A stretch of DNA of 32,000 nucleotides from Pullulanibacillus pueri. GTDB taxonomy: Bacteria; Bacillota; Bacilli; Bacillales; Sporolactobacillaceae. The stretch lies in NCBI RefSeq assembly GCF_014639255.1, contig NZ_BMFV01000013.1, positions 41,945 through 73,944 of the forward strand, given 5' to 3'. Both the position numbers and the translations under genes were made by a program. Position 1 is the stretch's first letter; each line of letters begins with the position of its first letter. The notes under the pieces are model-generated. The model had not been told where the DNA came from, ran no database searches, and was given only the letters and a program-made list of their open reading frames with translations. This document shows positions 31,740 through 32,000 of the stretch, piece by piece.

Positions 31740-32000
31740 TATTCTCCCTCCTTAATAAAAAGTTTGTTAAAGCCTTAAAAGCTCATCCATGTGGATGTCA
31801 TTAGATGAGTGAGTAAAGGTGAAATTTAACATTTCCTTCTCAATTTGCTGTATTGATCATATCTCCCAGTCGCTAGGCTTTAAAACAATCATCATTTTTT
31901 ATTTGAAGTGAATCCTTCTTATCTTACTAAAAATGAAGTTCTAGCTTTTCCAAATACGATACCACAGGCTGATTATTCTCGCAATACTGAAAATACATTA

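Noticed and set aside
31927-31998. Possible C-terminal fragment of a minus-strand gene entering from the right edge (...YFQYCENNQPVVSYLEKLELHF*)
   Set aside because: Only 23 codons are visible and there is no recognisable motif. It cannot be supported from this window.
1-32000. Search for a defence island, prophage, integrative element or toxin-antitoxin pair
   Set aside because: There are no integrase, recombinase, transposase, nuclease/helicase/ATPase defence-type genes, small paired ORFs or tRNA attachment sites. Every long ORF has an ordinary metabolic, transport or regulatory assignment.

Overview
The window looks like an ordinary chromosomal segment from a moderate-GC Bacillaceae-type Firmicute. 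Support for this: GGAGG-type RBSs, sigma-A-like promoters, a TPP riboswitch with an intrinsic-terminator expression platform, and proteins that I recall as close to B. subtilis PatA and DhaS. I can support about 24 protein genes, most of them on the minus strand. In order they are: (1) the end of an eps/capsule locus (Wzz-like modulator, BY-kinase, then a 343-bp gap, then the start of a CapD/EpsC-like gene); (2) a patA-like aminotransferase; (3) three paralogous 14-TMS DHA2 MFS efflux genes plus one MdtG-like DHA1 MFS gene; (4) a DsbA/FrnE-like oxidoreductase; (5) an AraC regulator divergent from a pair encoding a TIM-barrel sugar-phosphate isomerase/epimerase and a Gfo/Idh/MocA oxidoreductase; (6) a Tet(M)/Tet(O)-like ribosomal-protection GTPase; (7) corA; (8) a stand-alone YeeE/YedE sulfur transporter; (9) a dhaS-like aldehyde dehydrogenase; (10) an HxlR regulator divergent from an SDR and an aldo-keto reductase; (11) a riboswitch-controlled thiW-thiD-thiM-thiE operon; (12) an M20 amidohydrolase / GNAT / N-succinylamino-acid-racemase-type operon. 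I saw no tRNA or rRNA genes, CRISPR arrays, transposases, integrases, phage genes or recognisable defence genes. I did not find a convincing novel multi-gene protein system. The least explained signal is non-coding. A mosaic family of hairpin-rich intergenic repeats occupies six intergenic regions (7061-7157, 11388-11986, 14111-14170, 15330-15890, 24932-25186). Its core helix keeps base pairing through compensatory substitutions between copies, and most copies sit just downstream of the terminators of minus-strand genes. Secondary points are a likely EAR-type antitermination RNA position in the eps locus, a BY-kinase whose Tyr-containing tail is cut off by an in-frame TAA, and terminator-like or palindromic leaders in front of the efflux genes, none of which has an adjacent regulator gene.
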